A stretch of DNA of 40,576 bases, from IMG/VR virus record IMGVR_UViG_3300038545_000012; one strand, given 5' to 3'. Within the stretch, counting starts at the first letter, position 1. The number at the start of each line of letters is the position of its first letter. Positions 1 to 7,923 of this stretch are shown in pieces. Origin of the DNA: a virus. The translations under genes and the position numbers were made by a program. The notes under the pieces are model-generated. The model saw only the letters and a program-made list of their open reading frames with translations. It searched no databases and was not told the DNA's origin.

Positions 1-127
1 GAATCATTACGGCACTAATGGGGACCCGTTACCAGTTGGCCCTGTCGGTCAAACACCTGATGCAAACGTACCTCCTGCATTAATGGCAGCAATGGCTGAA
101 TCACGCGCAGCAGTAGACGACGTAGCA
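1..127. repeat. Exact copy of 40450..40576 (overlap of a circularly closed contig)
   Basis: Direct comparison of the first 127 nt with the last 127 nt shows they are identical. Confidence 0.95.
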
Positions 128-937
128 AGTCCGGGTTTGCCACAGGATATCACTGACCCGTCACTGTCTGGCAAAGCTGTGCAAGCGTTACAGAAGCGCC
201 TTGATATGCAGTCTTACACGTACCAAGACCACCACAAGTACGCCATGCGTCGTGACGGTGAGATATATGCGTCAATGTTCCGTGATGTAATGGACAGCGA
301 ACAAGAAATCGTACTTGTTCAACTTGATGGTACAACATCGAGAGAAACGATTAATAAAGCTGAAATTAATTGGTCAAATATGCAAACGCAGATTGTCAAC
401 GATGTGCGTAAAATGATGTTTGATGTGTATGCGGATATTGGTCCATCGTTTGAATCTGTTAAATCGCAAAACCGCGAAGAGTTGAAAGAGCTAATCAATG
501 GATTGCCGCCAGGCGACCCAATGCGCAACATTCTGTTAAACGAGTACCTAACCATGCTCGAAGGTTCCCATATGGAAGATGTGCGAGAATATGCGCGTAA
601 ACAGTTGATTCTTCAAGGTATCAAAAAGCCAGAAACGCCAGAAGAAGAGCAGATGTTAATGCAGGCGCAACAGAATCAGCAACCTGATGCACAAACGCAA
701 GCATTACTCATGGAAGGTCAAGCACGGATGCAGGAAGGTCAAGCGGCGATTATGAATGAGGAAAACGACCGCATTAAACTTCAAATCGACCAATACAAAG
801 CAGACACAGACCGTCAGAAAGTGATTATCGAAGCGCAGAAAGCAGGGTTACAGATGCGTGATTTGGCGGTGAGTACACAGGGTAAGCAAATTGATAATGC
901 GATGAAGTTAAGACAGGGTGTGAGTGAGGGGCGTTAA
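2..937 (+). CDS. Portal protein, C-terminal part (continues 39338..40576 across the junction)
   Basis: The frame is continuous with the stop-less ORF from 39338. Motifs AMRRDGEIY, GPSFES.KSQNR and GIKKPETPEE match my recollection of P22 gp1. The Gln-rich helical C-terminus resembles the P22 portal barrel. Confidence 0.9.
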   Translation, partial: NHYGTNGDPLPVGPVGQTPDANVPPALMAAMAESRAAVDDVASPGLPQDITDPSLSGKAVQALQKRLDMQSYTYQDHHKYAMRRDGEIYASMFRDVMDSEQEIVLVQLDGTTSRETINKAEINWSNMQTQIVNDVRKMMFDVYADIGPSFESVKSQNREELKELINGLPPGDPMRNILLNEYLTMLEGSHMEDVREYARKQLILQGIKKPETPEEEQMLMQAQQNQQPDAQTQALLMEGQARMQEGQAAIMNEENDRIKLQIDQYKADTDRQKVIIEAQKAGLQMRDLAVSTQGKQIDNAMKLRQGVSEGR

Positions 938-943
938 GCCCCT
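927..943. terminator. GC hairpin AGGGGC-GTTAA-GCCCCT spanning the portal stop codon, between convergent genes
   Basis: 6-bp stem read directly. There is no U-tract on either strand, so terminator function is uncertain. Confidence 0.25.
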
Positions 944-1094
944 AGCCTGTATATACGTGGAATTTCAGATGCCAGTTTTCTGTATTCGGACTCTTTGGTT
1001 ACCTTAAATTGCCACATAAAATAAGCGTTATAAGGGCTGTTTGGCTCATACCCGTTGCAACTCCAAAGCTCATTAATTTTCTTTATGTGTGGCT

Positions 1095-1358
1095 TCATCC
1101 GTACACCCTAATCCTTTCTTTGTCTTTTCTTGAATAGAATTTTACGAATTTATAGTTATCAGCATCCTTTAATTCATGCTGAATAAGTTGGTGGTCTTTT
1201 TCATTCTCACAGATGATTGCTCTAATTTTAATGGTATCACCGTCAAAATCCTTTAACACCATATAATAATCAGGCTCACCATATTTCAGCAGGTCTTTTC
1301 TCGACACTCTTATTGCCGTTTTTAGGTCTGGCAAGCCATAAATAAATACTGATTTCAT
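1095..1358 (-). CDS. Hypothetical protein (87 aa), last gene of the counter-oriented cassette
   Basis: ORF in the track. The ATGA-type overlap with the upstream gene suggests coupling. It is visibly AT-rich compared with the flanking structural genes. Confidence 0.6.
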   Translation of the reverse strand: MKSVFIYGLPDLKTAIRVSRKDLLKYGEPDYYMVLKDFDGDTIKIRAIICENEKDHQLIQHELKDADNYKFVKFYSRKDKERIRVYG

Positions 1359-1558
1359 CCTTCCACCCCATTAAAACCCCTCTCCCAATCCGCAGCCTCT
1401 ATCGGGTGGTAGCCGTGATGCGACTCCCACTCTAAATCAAACTGCATGTTTAACTTGCCTATATCGCCGTTGCAATATCTAGCGCCGTTAAATGCGTTGG
1501 TCATGGCTTTGATTGATAGGTTGGCGTTTAGCATGTCTTGTGTTGTTTCTGTGTTCAC
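1355..1558 (-). CDS. Hypothetical protein (67 aa)
   Basis: ORF in the track. Its GTG start overlaps the stop of the upstream 50-aa ORF (GTGA). Confidence 0.55.
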   Translation of the reverse strand: MNTETTQDMLNANLSIKAMTNAFNGARYCNGDIGKLNMQFDLEWESHHGYHPIEAADWERGFNGVEG

Positions 1559-1707
1559 AACTCACCCCACTCTTTCAATAATCGCATTTCTTCTGCATCA
1601 CGTCTGCGTTGCGTAAATTGTTTATTGCGGTCCTTTTGCTCTTGTTCAACTTGCGCTTTTGCTGCATTAGCTAGTTGTGCTAGGTCGCGTAGTTGTTGTT
1701 CTGTCAT
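1555..1707 (-). CDS. Hypothetical small helical charged protein (50 aa, hand-translated: MTEQQLRDLAQLANAAKAQVEQEQKDRNKQFTQRRRDAEEMRLLKEWGEL)
   Basis: Below the track size cutoff. GGAG lies 5 nt upstream of the ATG. Its stop overlaps the next start. Confidence 0.5.
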   Translation of the reverse strand: MTEQQLRDLAQLANAAKAQVEQEQKDRNKQFTQRRRDAEEMRLLKEWGEL

Positions 1708-1708
1708 T

Positions 1709-1843
1709 TCACTCCATCCCCTTTATCATCTTATGCAACTTATCGTGCATCTTTTCGTTAGCGCAGTAGTTATCATACGTGCGCCGTGTAATCTGCCAAT
1801 AGTCAAGGAAGTCTTGCACCTTGTAACCTTTGGCGTGAATCAT
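1709..1843 (-). CDS. Small putative HTH protein (44 aa from the internal ATG; ORF is open up to 1936)
   Basis: The segment KVQDFLDYWQITRRTYDNY looks like a short helix-turn-helix. The start is ambiguous because the long version overlaps the upstream gene by 70 nt. Confidence 0.4.
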   Translation of the reverse strand: MIHAKGYKVQDFLDYWQITRRTYDNYCANEKMHDKLHKMIKGME

Positions 1844-1866
1844 CTTTGTGTGTTTGTTTGGTTTGC

Positions 1867-2238
1867 TCAAAACACCATCCCCGATAATCCTGCCAATCCC
1901 GAAATTACTGCCAATTCCGAAATTCCATTTGAGCAACCATGCGCACCCCTGCCATATAATGCTGCATTTTGCATTGATGCTTCGTGCGCTCTCTTTGGAT
2001 ATAACGATTCCTTGCTATCAATTACTACATCCTGCCTAGCATCAAGCTTTTCCTTTTGCGCTTCTAGCAACTCAAGTATTGCCTCATCATCATTGCAATA
2101 CATTTCCATTATTCGAAGCTTTAACTTTAACTCTTCATTCTCCTTTTCAACCGATTCAAGCGCATCGATTCTTTCCCTGTATTGAAAAAGCAAAGCCTCT
2201 TTTCTCGCCAATTCCTCTTTCAGTTTCTTGTTAAACAT
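1867..2238 (-). CDS. Coiled-coil protein (123 aa from the second ATG; ORF is open to 2253)
   Basis: The N-terminal two thirds are heptad-like and Glu/Lys/Leu-rich. GAGG lies 5 nt upstream of ATG 2238. It is the first gene downstream of the cassette promoter. Confidence 0.55.
   Translation of the reverse strand: MFNKKLKEELARKEALLFQYRERIDALESVEKENEELKLKLRIMEMYCNDDEAILELLEAQKEKLDARQDVVIDSKESLYPKRAHEASMQNAALYGRGAHGCSNGISELAVISGLAGLSGMVF
1893..1928. repeat. Tandem 18-bp direct repeat (CCAATCCCGAAATTACTG / CCAATTCCGAAATTCCAT), with a degenerate third unit just upstream
   Basis: Read directly. It lies in the region where the 1867..2253 and 1709..1936 reading frames overlap. Confidence 0.8.
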
Positions 2239-2274
2239 ACGCACCTCATTCATACGAAATTAATTCATATGTAG

Positions 2275-2303
2275 TTTATAAGCCACTATTACTACAATGT
2301 CAA
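2275..2303 (-). promoter_or_regulatory. Sigma70-type promoter TTGACA-N17-TATAAA driving the counter-oriented cassette
   Basis: The reverse complement of 2275..2303 reads TTGACATTGTAGTAATAGTGGCTTATAAA. It ends about 20-35 nt upstream of the candidate start codons. Confidence 0.6.
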
Positions 2304-2363
2304 TACTCGTATATGTCCGAGCATAGACATAGATAATTAATCGTTACACTACGAGGATAAAAA

Positions 2364-3410
2364 GTGGCAGAAAAATTAACGCTTGCAGAGCTGAAAGCTA
2401 AAAACGCAGCGGAAGAAGAAGCAGAGCAGGAAACCGAAGTTGTTGAGGTTGAGGAACAACAAGACACTAAAGTAACCATTGCACCTGTTGAAACTACCGT
2501 TGAAGAAACCGAAGACGACACCGACGAGGAAGAATCCGAGGATATTGAAAGCTGGATGCAAGAGGAAGTAGCGACTCCTGATGATGGAGATTCTGGTTTT
2601 AAACCTAACCGTGAAGCGGCGGCCGTTAGAAAGAAACTGAAAGCCAAGCTGCATGAGAAAGATGACGAACTTGAATCATTAAAAGCTGAAATCGAACGTT
2701 TGAAATCTGGCAGTGCGCAACAGGCAGCACCTGAGAAGATGCCGCCTAAGCCAAAGCTAGAAGATTTTGATTACGACGAAGCCGCGCATGAAGCAGCACT
2801 AGATGACTGGTACGAAAAGAAGATTGAAACAAAGCTTTCATCTACTCTAACTACCAAGCAGGCAGAGCAACAACAGCGCGAAGCGGCAGAGCGTCAAAAG
2901 AAAGCGCTAGAAGAGGCGGTAGACCGTCATTACACGCGAGCGGCGAAACTGGTTGAAGAAGGCAAGGTAAGCGAAGAGAAGTACACTCAAGCAGACCGAG
3001 CAGTCAGAGAATCATTTGAGCGAATCGCTAAAGGTAGGGGAGATAATATTGTTGATTCCCTTATCAAAACACTTGACTCGTTAGGTGAAGGAAGTGAGAA
3101 AGTATTTTATCAACTAGGCGTTAACCCTGCGAAGATGCAAGAGGTCGCGAATTTATTTGCAACTGACCCAAGCGGATTAAGCACAGTGGCGTACTTAGGT
3201 AAACTACAAGCCTCTATTCAATCACCTACTAAACGTAAATCGTCAGCACCTGCGCCAAGCCCTGAGTTGAAAGGCAGTGGCAGCACTAAAACACCCGGTG
3301 AAGCGTTATTGAAACGCTATAAGAAAGCCGGGAGCAACGTGCAAGCCCGTCTTGATATAAAACGAGAGGCAAAGCGTCAAGGTATTGATACTCGCAATTG
3401 GAGCGATTAA
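2364..3410 (+). CDS. Scaffolding protein (GTG start) with a very acidic N-terminal segment
   Basis: It lies immediately upstream of the coat gene, as P22 gp8 does. The composition is helical and charged, and the C-terminus is basic. Confidence 0.6.
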   Translation: MAEKLTLAELKAKNAAEEEAEQETEVVEVEEQQDTKVTIAPVETTVEETEDDTDEEESEDIESWMQEEVATPDDGDSGFKPNREAAAVRKKLKAKLHEKDDELESLKAEIERLKSGSAQQAAPEKMPPKPKLEDFDYDEAAHEAALDDWYEKKIETKLSSTLTTKQAEQQQREAAERQKKALEEAVDRHYTRAAKLVEEGKVSEEKYTQADRAVRESFERIAKGRGDNIVDSLIKTLDSLGEGSEKVFYQLGVNPAKMQEVANLFATDPSGLSTVAYLGKLQASIQSPTKRKSSAPAPSPELKGSGSTKTPGEALLKRYKKAGSNVQARLDIKREAKRQGIDTRNWSD

Positions 3411-3412
3411 TT

Positions 3413-4690
3413 ATGTCTATCACGGCAAACAAAGTAGCAGAAACACTTTTCGAGCAGCAGCTTGAAACCTATGAAGACCAAACGATGCTTATCGACAAAA
3501 CGCAGGTGTTCACCCCCGAAGGTGGTACGATGCAGAATGCTGGTAACGTCATTTGGCGCCCGAAAGAGCAACACAGACCAATCATTGAAGGTTGGGATTT
3601 AACAGGTCAAGAAACTGGCATTATCGAAGAGGCATACCCTGCTTACCTCGGTACGCCTAAAAACGATTTTGTATCTGTTCGTGTTGATAACATGCGTGAC
3701 AAACACTACTGGGAAGATGCGGGCCGTACTTCTGGTCGTCAGCAAGCAACTGAGCTTAACAAGTCAATTGCCAACCTGATTGCAACTAGTGGCTCACTGC
3801 ATTACCGTAGTAACACTGTATCTGGCTTCGACTTCATCAGTGAAGGCCAAGCCATTATGAATGAGCGTCAAGGTAAGCACACCCAGCGCTGTTTTGTACT
3901 GAATGACCGTGATACACGTAAATTCGGTCAAGACTTGGCGAGTCGTCAGACTGTGCGTGGTCGCCCTGAGGATACATGGATGACTGGTCAAATCGGCTCT
4001 AACGTTGCTGAGTTTGATGTTTATACAGGTTCATTCCTGCCTAACATCGTGGGCGGCGCGGACCCTGCGACAACTACCACAGCGGCGGCAAGCTTTAAGC
4101 CTGAAGGTGGCACAGTAGCGGCTGATAGCTATGATGTATCAAACGTTGATTACCGTAAAGCAACTATCGCGGTAACTTCATCGGCTGGTTATAACGTAGG
4201 TGACAAAATCACTATCGCTAACGGTGGTACAACTATCAAGTCAGTTGGTCTAGCTGATAAAACAAACACTGGTCAAGCAATGACATTCACTGTTGTAGCT
4301 AAACCAGATGCAACGTCGATGACTATCATGCCTAAGCCTATCGCGCTTGATGATGGCTCATTGTCTACGCTTGAGAAGTCTTACGCTAACGTTGATACTA
4401 CTATCACTAGTGGCGCAACTATCAACCGCGTAAACACTGATGCTTCAGCACGTGCTAACCTTTTCTGGGATAAAGACGCGATTGAAGTTGTTGGCGGTGA
4501 AGTGCCTATGCAAATGCTTGGTGACCTAGACGGCATGAAAGTGATTTCACAACCACTATCTAACGGTCTGAACATGTATATGGTTTATGATGCTAACATT
4601 GCTAACCTACAACTACGCTACCGTACATTTGTATGGTACGGGTTGACCATGAAAGACCCAAGCCGCGCAGGTGTTGCAACCACTTTTTAA
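3413..4690 (+). CDS. Major capsid (coat) protein, P22 gp5-like
   Basis: NVIWRPKEQ..EGWDLTG, GDKITIANG.., MPKPIALDDGSLS..YANV and LFWDKDAIE align with my recollection of P22 gp5. I chose ATG 3413 over the track start 3398. Confidence 0.9.
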   Translation: MSITANKVAETLFEQQLETYEDQTMLIDKTQVFTPEGGTMQNAGNVIWRPKEQHRPIIEGWDLTGQETGIIEEAYPAYLGTPKNDFVSVRVDNMRDKHYWEDAGRTSGRQQATELNKSIANLIATSGSLHYRSNTVSGFDFISEGQAIMNERQGKHTQRCFVLNDRDTRKFGQDLASRQTVRGRPEDTWMTGQIGSNVAEFDVYTGSFLPNIVGGADPATTTTAAASFKPEGGTVAADSYDVSNVDYRKATIAVTSSAGYNVGDKITIANGGTTIKSVGLADKTNTGQAMTFTVVAKPDATSMTIMPKPIALDDGSLSTLEKSYANVDTTITSGATINRVNTDASARANLFWDKDAIEVVGGEVPMQMLGDLDGMKVISQPLSNGLNMYMVYDANIANLQLRYRTFVWYGLTMKDPSRAGVATTF

Positions 4691-4710
4691 GTGAGTAGCT
4701 AATAAAAGAA

Positions 4711-4740
4711 ACCCCGTCTAAGTGCGGGGTTTTTTATTTT
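4711..4740 (+). terminator. Rho-independent terminator after the coat gene
   Basis: ACCCCG-8 nt loop-CGGGGT followed by TTTTTTATTTT. Confidence 0.8.
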
Positions 4741-4770
4741 CTGAATAATGTAGTACACTAACTATACGCA

Positions 4771-4788
4771 AACAACTCTGACCAGTGA
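4771..4788 (+). repeat. Partial copy (a) of the conserved GACCAGT intergenic element
   Basis: AACAACTCTGACCAGTGA shares AACAACTCTGACCAGT with the reverse complement of 32623..32644. Confidence 0.5.
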
Positions 4789-4795
4789 GGTTACT

Positions 4796-5041
4796 ATGAG
4801 TGCAATTCTATATAAGCGCATTGACGGTGAAGTCAAAGAATTTCGAGTAGACGCAGTGCGCGTCAATGCGTTACTTCAGGACGGTTACTTTTCAAGCCCC
4901 GACTTAGCCGATGCAGACGCTAACGAGAGTGGCAAGTTAAGCAATGAAGAAGTGCGAGAAGCGGCTAAAGATGCTGGTATCTCAAACTGGAAAACCGCCA
5001 AGATTGACACGTTAAAGAAGAAACTCAATGAGCAAGACTAA
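4796..5041 (+). CDS. Small head-module protein (81 aa) with a HeH/SAP-like C-terminal motif
   Basis: ORF in the track. LSNEEVREAAKDAGISNWKTAKIDTLKKKL resembles Rho-N/HeH motifs. Confidence 0.5.
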   Translation: MSAILYKRIDGEVKEFRVDAVRVNALLQDGYFSSPDLADADANESGKLSNEEVREAAKDAGISNWKTAKIDTLKKKLNEQD

Positions 5042-5744
5042 AGGCGAGTTAGTCGCCGCAGCCTTTCGCAAAGCGCAAATCTCAGGCATTACCACGCAGC
5101 CGACAGGTGATGAGCTTGCAGGTGCAGTGGAAACGCTTGAAGATATGATGCGCGAACTGCAAAGCAAAAACGCTTGCATCAATTACGAATATGAAGATGA
5201 GCCATGTCTTAGCACTGATAGCAAGATAGACCCTATGTGGTATCACGCTGTACAGTCGCGGCTAGGTTTACTGCTTTGCTCTGATTACGGCATTGAGCCA
5301 AGCGCAACACTGCAACGTCAAGCAGCACAGGCTTGGTCTAGTATGATAGGTAAGAAGACACTGCCACGCCAGAACGTACAACCACGTACAATGCCGCGAG
5401 GAAGCGGAAACACAAACCGTCTTGGTGTCTGGTCGCGTTACTATGGCGGCGACAACAGAGCGCCCATTGATTGCGATACCGTGCAGATTGATGTGGGTGA
5501 GACTTACCCGTTAACGGTTGATTTCAGCATATTTCTAACTGCCGGTGAAACAATATCATCGTTTGAAATACAAGATATCAGCGGCGGCATTGCACAAACT
5601 AGCCAGTTAACCGAAGACTTGAACGGCGTTGAGTTAGTGGTGACAGGTGTTAGCGCTGGCACGAATTCGCTAATAGTTAAAATTACAACCACACTTGGCA
5701 GGGTTAACCTTGAAAAGGTGTGGATAACAGTGAGGGCTGTGTAA
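5028..5744 (+). CDS. Head-to-tail adaptor, P22 gp4-like, with an extra C-terminal Ig-like domain
   Basis: KTKGELVAAAFRKAQIS and PRTMPRGSGNT match recalled P22 gp4 (KTKGDLVRAALRKLGV, PSRMPTGSGNS). It is 238 aa against about 166 aa in P22. The tail VTGVSAGTNSLIVKITT looks BIG2-like. Confidence 0.75.
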   Translation: MSKTKGELVAAAFRKAQISGITTQPTGDELAGAVETLEDMMRELQSKNACINYEYEDEPCLSTDSKIDPMWYHAVQSRLGLLLCSDYGIEPSATLQRQAAQAWSSMIGKKTLPRQNVQPRTMPRGSGNTNRLGVWSRYYGGDNRAPIDCDTVQIDVGETYPLTVDFSIFLTAGETISSFEIQDISGGIAQTSQLTEDLNGVELVVTGVSAGTNSLIVKITTTLGRVNLEKVWITVRAV

Positions 5745-6535
5745 TGGCTAATCTTAATTTGCCGTGGTCTATAAGTTCAGATATAGGTATAGGTGTAGCA
5801 ATAGCGGAGGGCGACTTCGATGGAGTGTCAGACATATACCTGTTTGGAACGCGTCAAATGCCGCTGGCTGATACTGAATACTGTGTTGCGCCAATTGGAC
5901 CGAATGATGGTGATATTCAATTTCCCACCACGCCGCAAGAAATGTTTATTGTTTCAACTGACGCATCAGACACGGCAAATATCGTGCTGAGAACGTTTGA
6001 TGAAAATGTGAATGAGGTGACGGCAGTTTACCAACTTAACGGCACAACGCCAGTAAGCATAGGCACGTGGCTTGGCGTACAGCCCGTTGGATTTCCCGTA
6101 GAGGAATCTGGCGTACTTGGTGAGGTGTATGTTTCAACGTCAAACCTAGCAACGCCGCCAGCTGGTACAGTAATGGCTAAGATGCTTCCTGAGGACCAGC
6201 AATTCTCAGGCTGTTATTACACCATCCCTCGCGGATTTGTTGCCTACTTCTTTCAAGCCACGCCAACAGACTCGCGTGATGCAGGGGGCGCTAATAGCCA
6301 ATTTGGAACGCTGCACCTTTACACAAGAGATAGAGGTCTTGAGTCCGGTAGAAATGCTGGCCCTTGGCGAAGAAGAGGCACGTTAACGGTGGGTACTAAC
6401 AGCTCATCAACTCAACTAAACTTTATGCCACCTATCCAATTTGACCAAGGCACAGATATTTTGCTGAAGGCAGAGGGTAACAATATAAACCATAGAATTT
6501 CGGCTTATTTTGGACTGGTGTTTAGACGAAAATGA
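5744..6535 (+). CDS. Hypothetical beta-rich virion protein (263 aa) between the gp4-like and gp10-like genes
   Basis: ATG 5744 overlaps the upstream stop (TAATG). I recognised no family. Confidence 0.6.
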   Translation: MANLNLPWSISSDIGIGVAIAEGDFDGVSDIYLFGTRQMPLADTEYCVAPIGPNDGDIQFPTTPQEMFIVSTDASDTANIVLRTFDENVNEVTAVYQLNGTTPVSIGTWLGVQPVGFPVEESGVLGEVYVSTSNLATPPAGTVMAKMLPEDQQFSGCYYTIPRGFVAYFFQATPTDSRDAGGANSQFGTLHLYTRDRGLESGRNAGPWRRRGTLTVGTNSSSTQLNFMPPIQFDQGTDILLKAEGNNINHRISAYFGLVFRRK

Positions 6536-7923
6536 TTCCACTAATCAAAGGGCAGCGCAAAAGCAAGTACGACTATCGCGACAATCTACCTGTGAACATG
6601 ACAGCAGTTGCGTCACAGGTTGAGGGTGATACGGGATATCTACTAGCGCATGATGGCTTGACCGAGTTTGCGCAGACTAGCGGCACGGCTAGAGGCGGTT
6701 ACTTTAACGAGCGCCTTAATAGGCATTTTCGCGTGTCTGGAAATAACCTGGAGAGCGTTGCGACTGATGGCGTTATTGAGAATATTGGCGCTATCGCAGG
6801 TCAAGGTACAGTATCATTTGCTGAGTCATTCAACAGTCTTGCTATTGTGGCTGGCGGTAGATTTTACCTATATGACGAAGCAGGGCTGCAAGAGGTTGTT
6901 AGTGATAATCTAGGTGTCCCGATAGACATAACATGGTTCAGTGGTATTTATGTGATGACTGACGGAGAGTTTATATACAACACCTCGCTCTCTGATGAAA
7001 CCGAAATCCGCGTTTTAGATTACGTGTCAAGCGAGTTTGCATCTGACCCAATAAAGGGGTTGTTGCGCACTGACAGCAATCAAATTGTAGCGTTTAACCG
7101 CTACTCCACAGAATACTTTTATTTTAACGCTAACAGCGATGTTAATGCTTCCCCACTTCAAGTTATATCTGGCAAATCTAATCGTATTGGCATCATCGGT
7201 ACGCACTGCAAATGCTTTCTTGATGGTGCTATATTCATTCTAGGTGGCAGAAAAGATGAAAGCCCGTCTATTCATATTTTGAATGGCGCGAATGAAGCGA
7301 CAATTGCGACGCGTGAAATTGATAAAATTCTAGGCGAGTATACAGAAAGCGAATTGTCGGGTGCGGTGCTGGAAGATAGGACAGTTGACCGCGACAAGTT
7401 CTTGATTGTTCACTTACCAAGGCACACCCTGTTATATAACCACACGGTAGGTCAGCAACAAGGTATAGCAGCAGCGTGGACGTTTTTAAAGACCGGCGAC
7501 AATGACACATGGCGAGGCATCTACGGCGTATTTGACCCTCGTATAAGCAAGTGGGTGTACGGTGACAGGTTAGAAAATAAGCTTGGCTATCTTGACCAGC
7601 AAAGCTTTGCGCAGTATGACGAGGCGCAAGAGGCGCTAATTTATACACCTATCATTCCCGCTAAACGTGTGAGCATCAACCAAGTCGAGTTAGACACTAT
7701 TGCAGGCTATTCGAATCAATCTGTCAGTGTTGCTATGTCATTATCCTACGACGCAGTAGCATGGGGTGAGGAGCATTGGTCGGTGGTGAGCAAGCCAGAC
7801 AACTACAACACGAATTACATCGTAAGGCGCTTAGGTTATGTGGCACAGTCCTTTAGTCTGCGATTTAGATTTATCAGTAAAGATAAAATGGCGTTTTCTG
7901 GGTTAATGATTAATGATAGATAA
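6532..7923 (+). CDS. Tail hub protein, P22 gp10-like
   Basis: DNLPVNMTAV and LIVHLPRHTLLYN match recalled P22 gp10 (DYLPVNMLA, LIIHLPRHVLVYD). The lengths are similar (463 vs 472 aa). Confidence 0.8.
   Translation: MIPLIKGQRKSKYDYRDNLPVNMTAVASQVEGDTGYLLAHDGLTEFAQTSGTARGGYFNERLNRHFRVSGNNLESVATDGVIENIGAIAGQGTVSFAESFNSLAIVAGGRFYLYDEAGLQEVVSDNLGVPIDITWFSGIYVMTDGEFIYNTSLSDETEIRVLDYVSSEFASDPIKGLLRTDSNQIVAFNRYSTEYFYFNANSDVNASPLQVISGKSNRIGIIGTHCKCFLDGAIFILGGRKDESPSIHILNGANEATIATREIDKILGEYTESELSGAVLEDRTVDRDKFLIVHLPRHTLLYNHTVGQQQGIAAAWTFLKTGDNDTWRGIYGVFDPRISKWVYGDRLENKLGYLDQQSFAQYDEAQEALIYTPIIPAKRVSINQVELDTIAGYSNQSVSVAMSLSYDAVAWGEEHWSVVSKPDNYNTNYIVRRLGYVAQSFSLRFRFISKDKMAFSGLMINDR

Noticed and set aside
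1-127. Interpreting the 127-nt terminal duplication as a physical direct terminal repeat or a cos-type end
   Set aside because: The length equals a common assembler k-mer. The repeat falls in the middle of the portal ORF. The P22-like TerS/TerL genes predict headful packaging. Only read-level data can settle it.
1002-1073. 23-aa hydrophobic minus-strand mini-ORF (MSFGVATGMSQTALITLILCGNLR) downstream of the cassette
   Set aside because: There is no Shine-Dalgarno sequence, it is very short, and nothing supports it beyond an ATG.
1538-2185. 215-aa plus-strand ORF (Cys/Ser-rich), plus 1848..2039 (+), across the cassette
   Set aside because: The low-complexity Cys/Ser/Phe composition is typical of the antisense shadow of Glu/Lys-rich coiled-coil genes. 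There is no RBS. It overlaps four well-coupled minus-strand ORFs.
2300-2654. Two minus-strand ORFs (115 aa, 92 aa) antisense to the scaffold 5' region
   Set aside because: These Ser/Val-rich and Phe-rich translations are the antisense reading of the GAA/GAG-rich acidic tract. There are no start signals.
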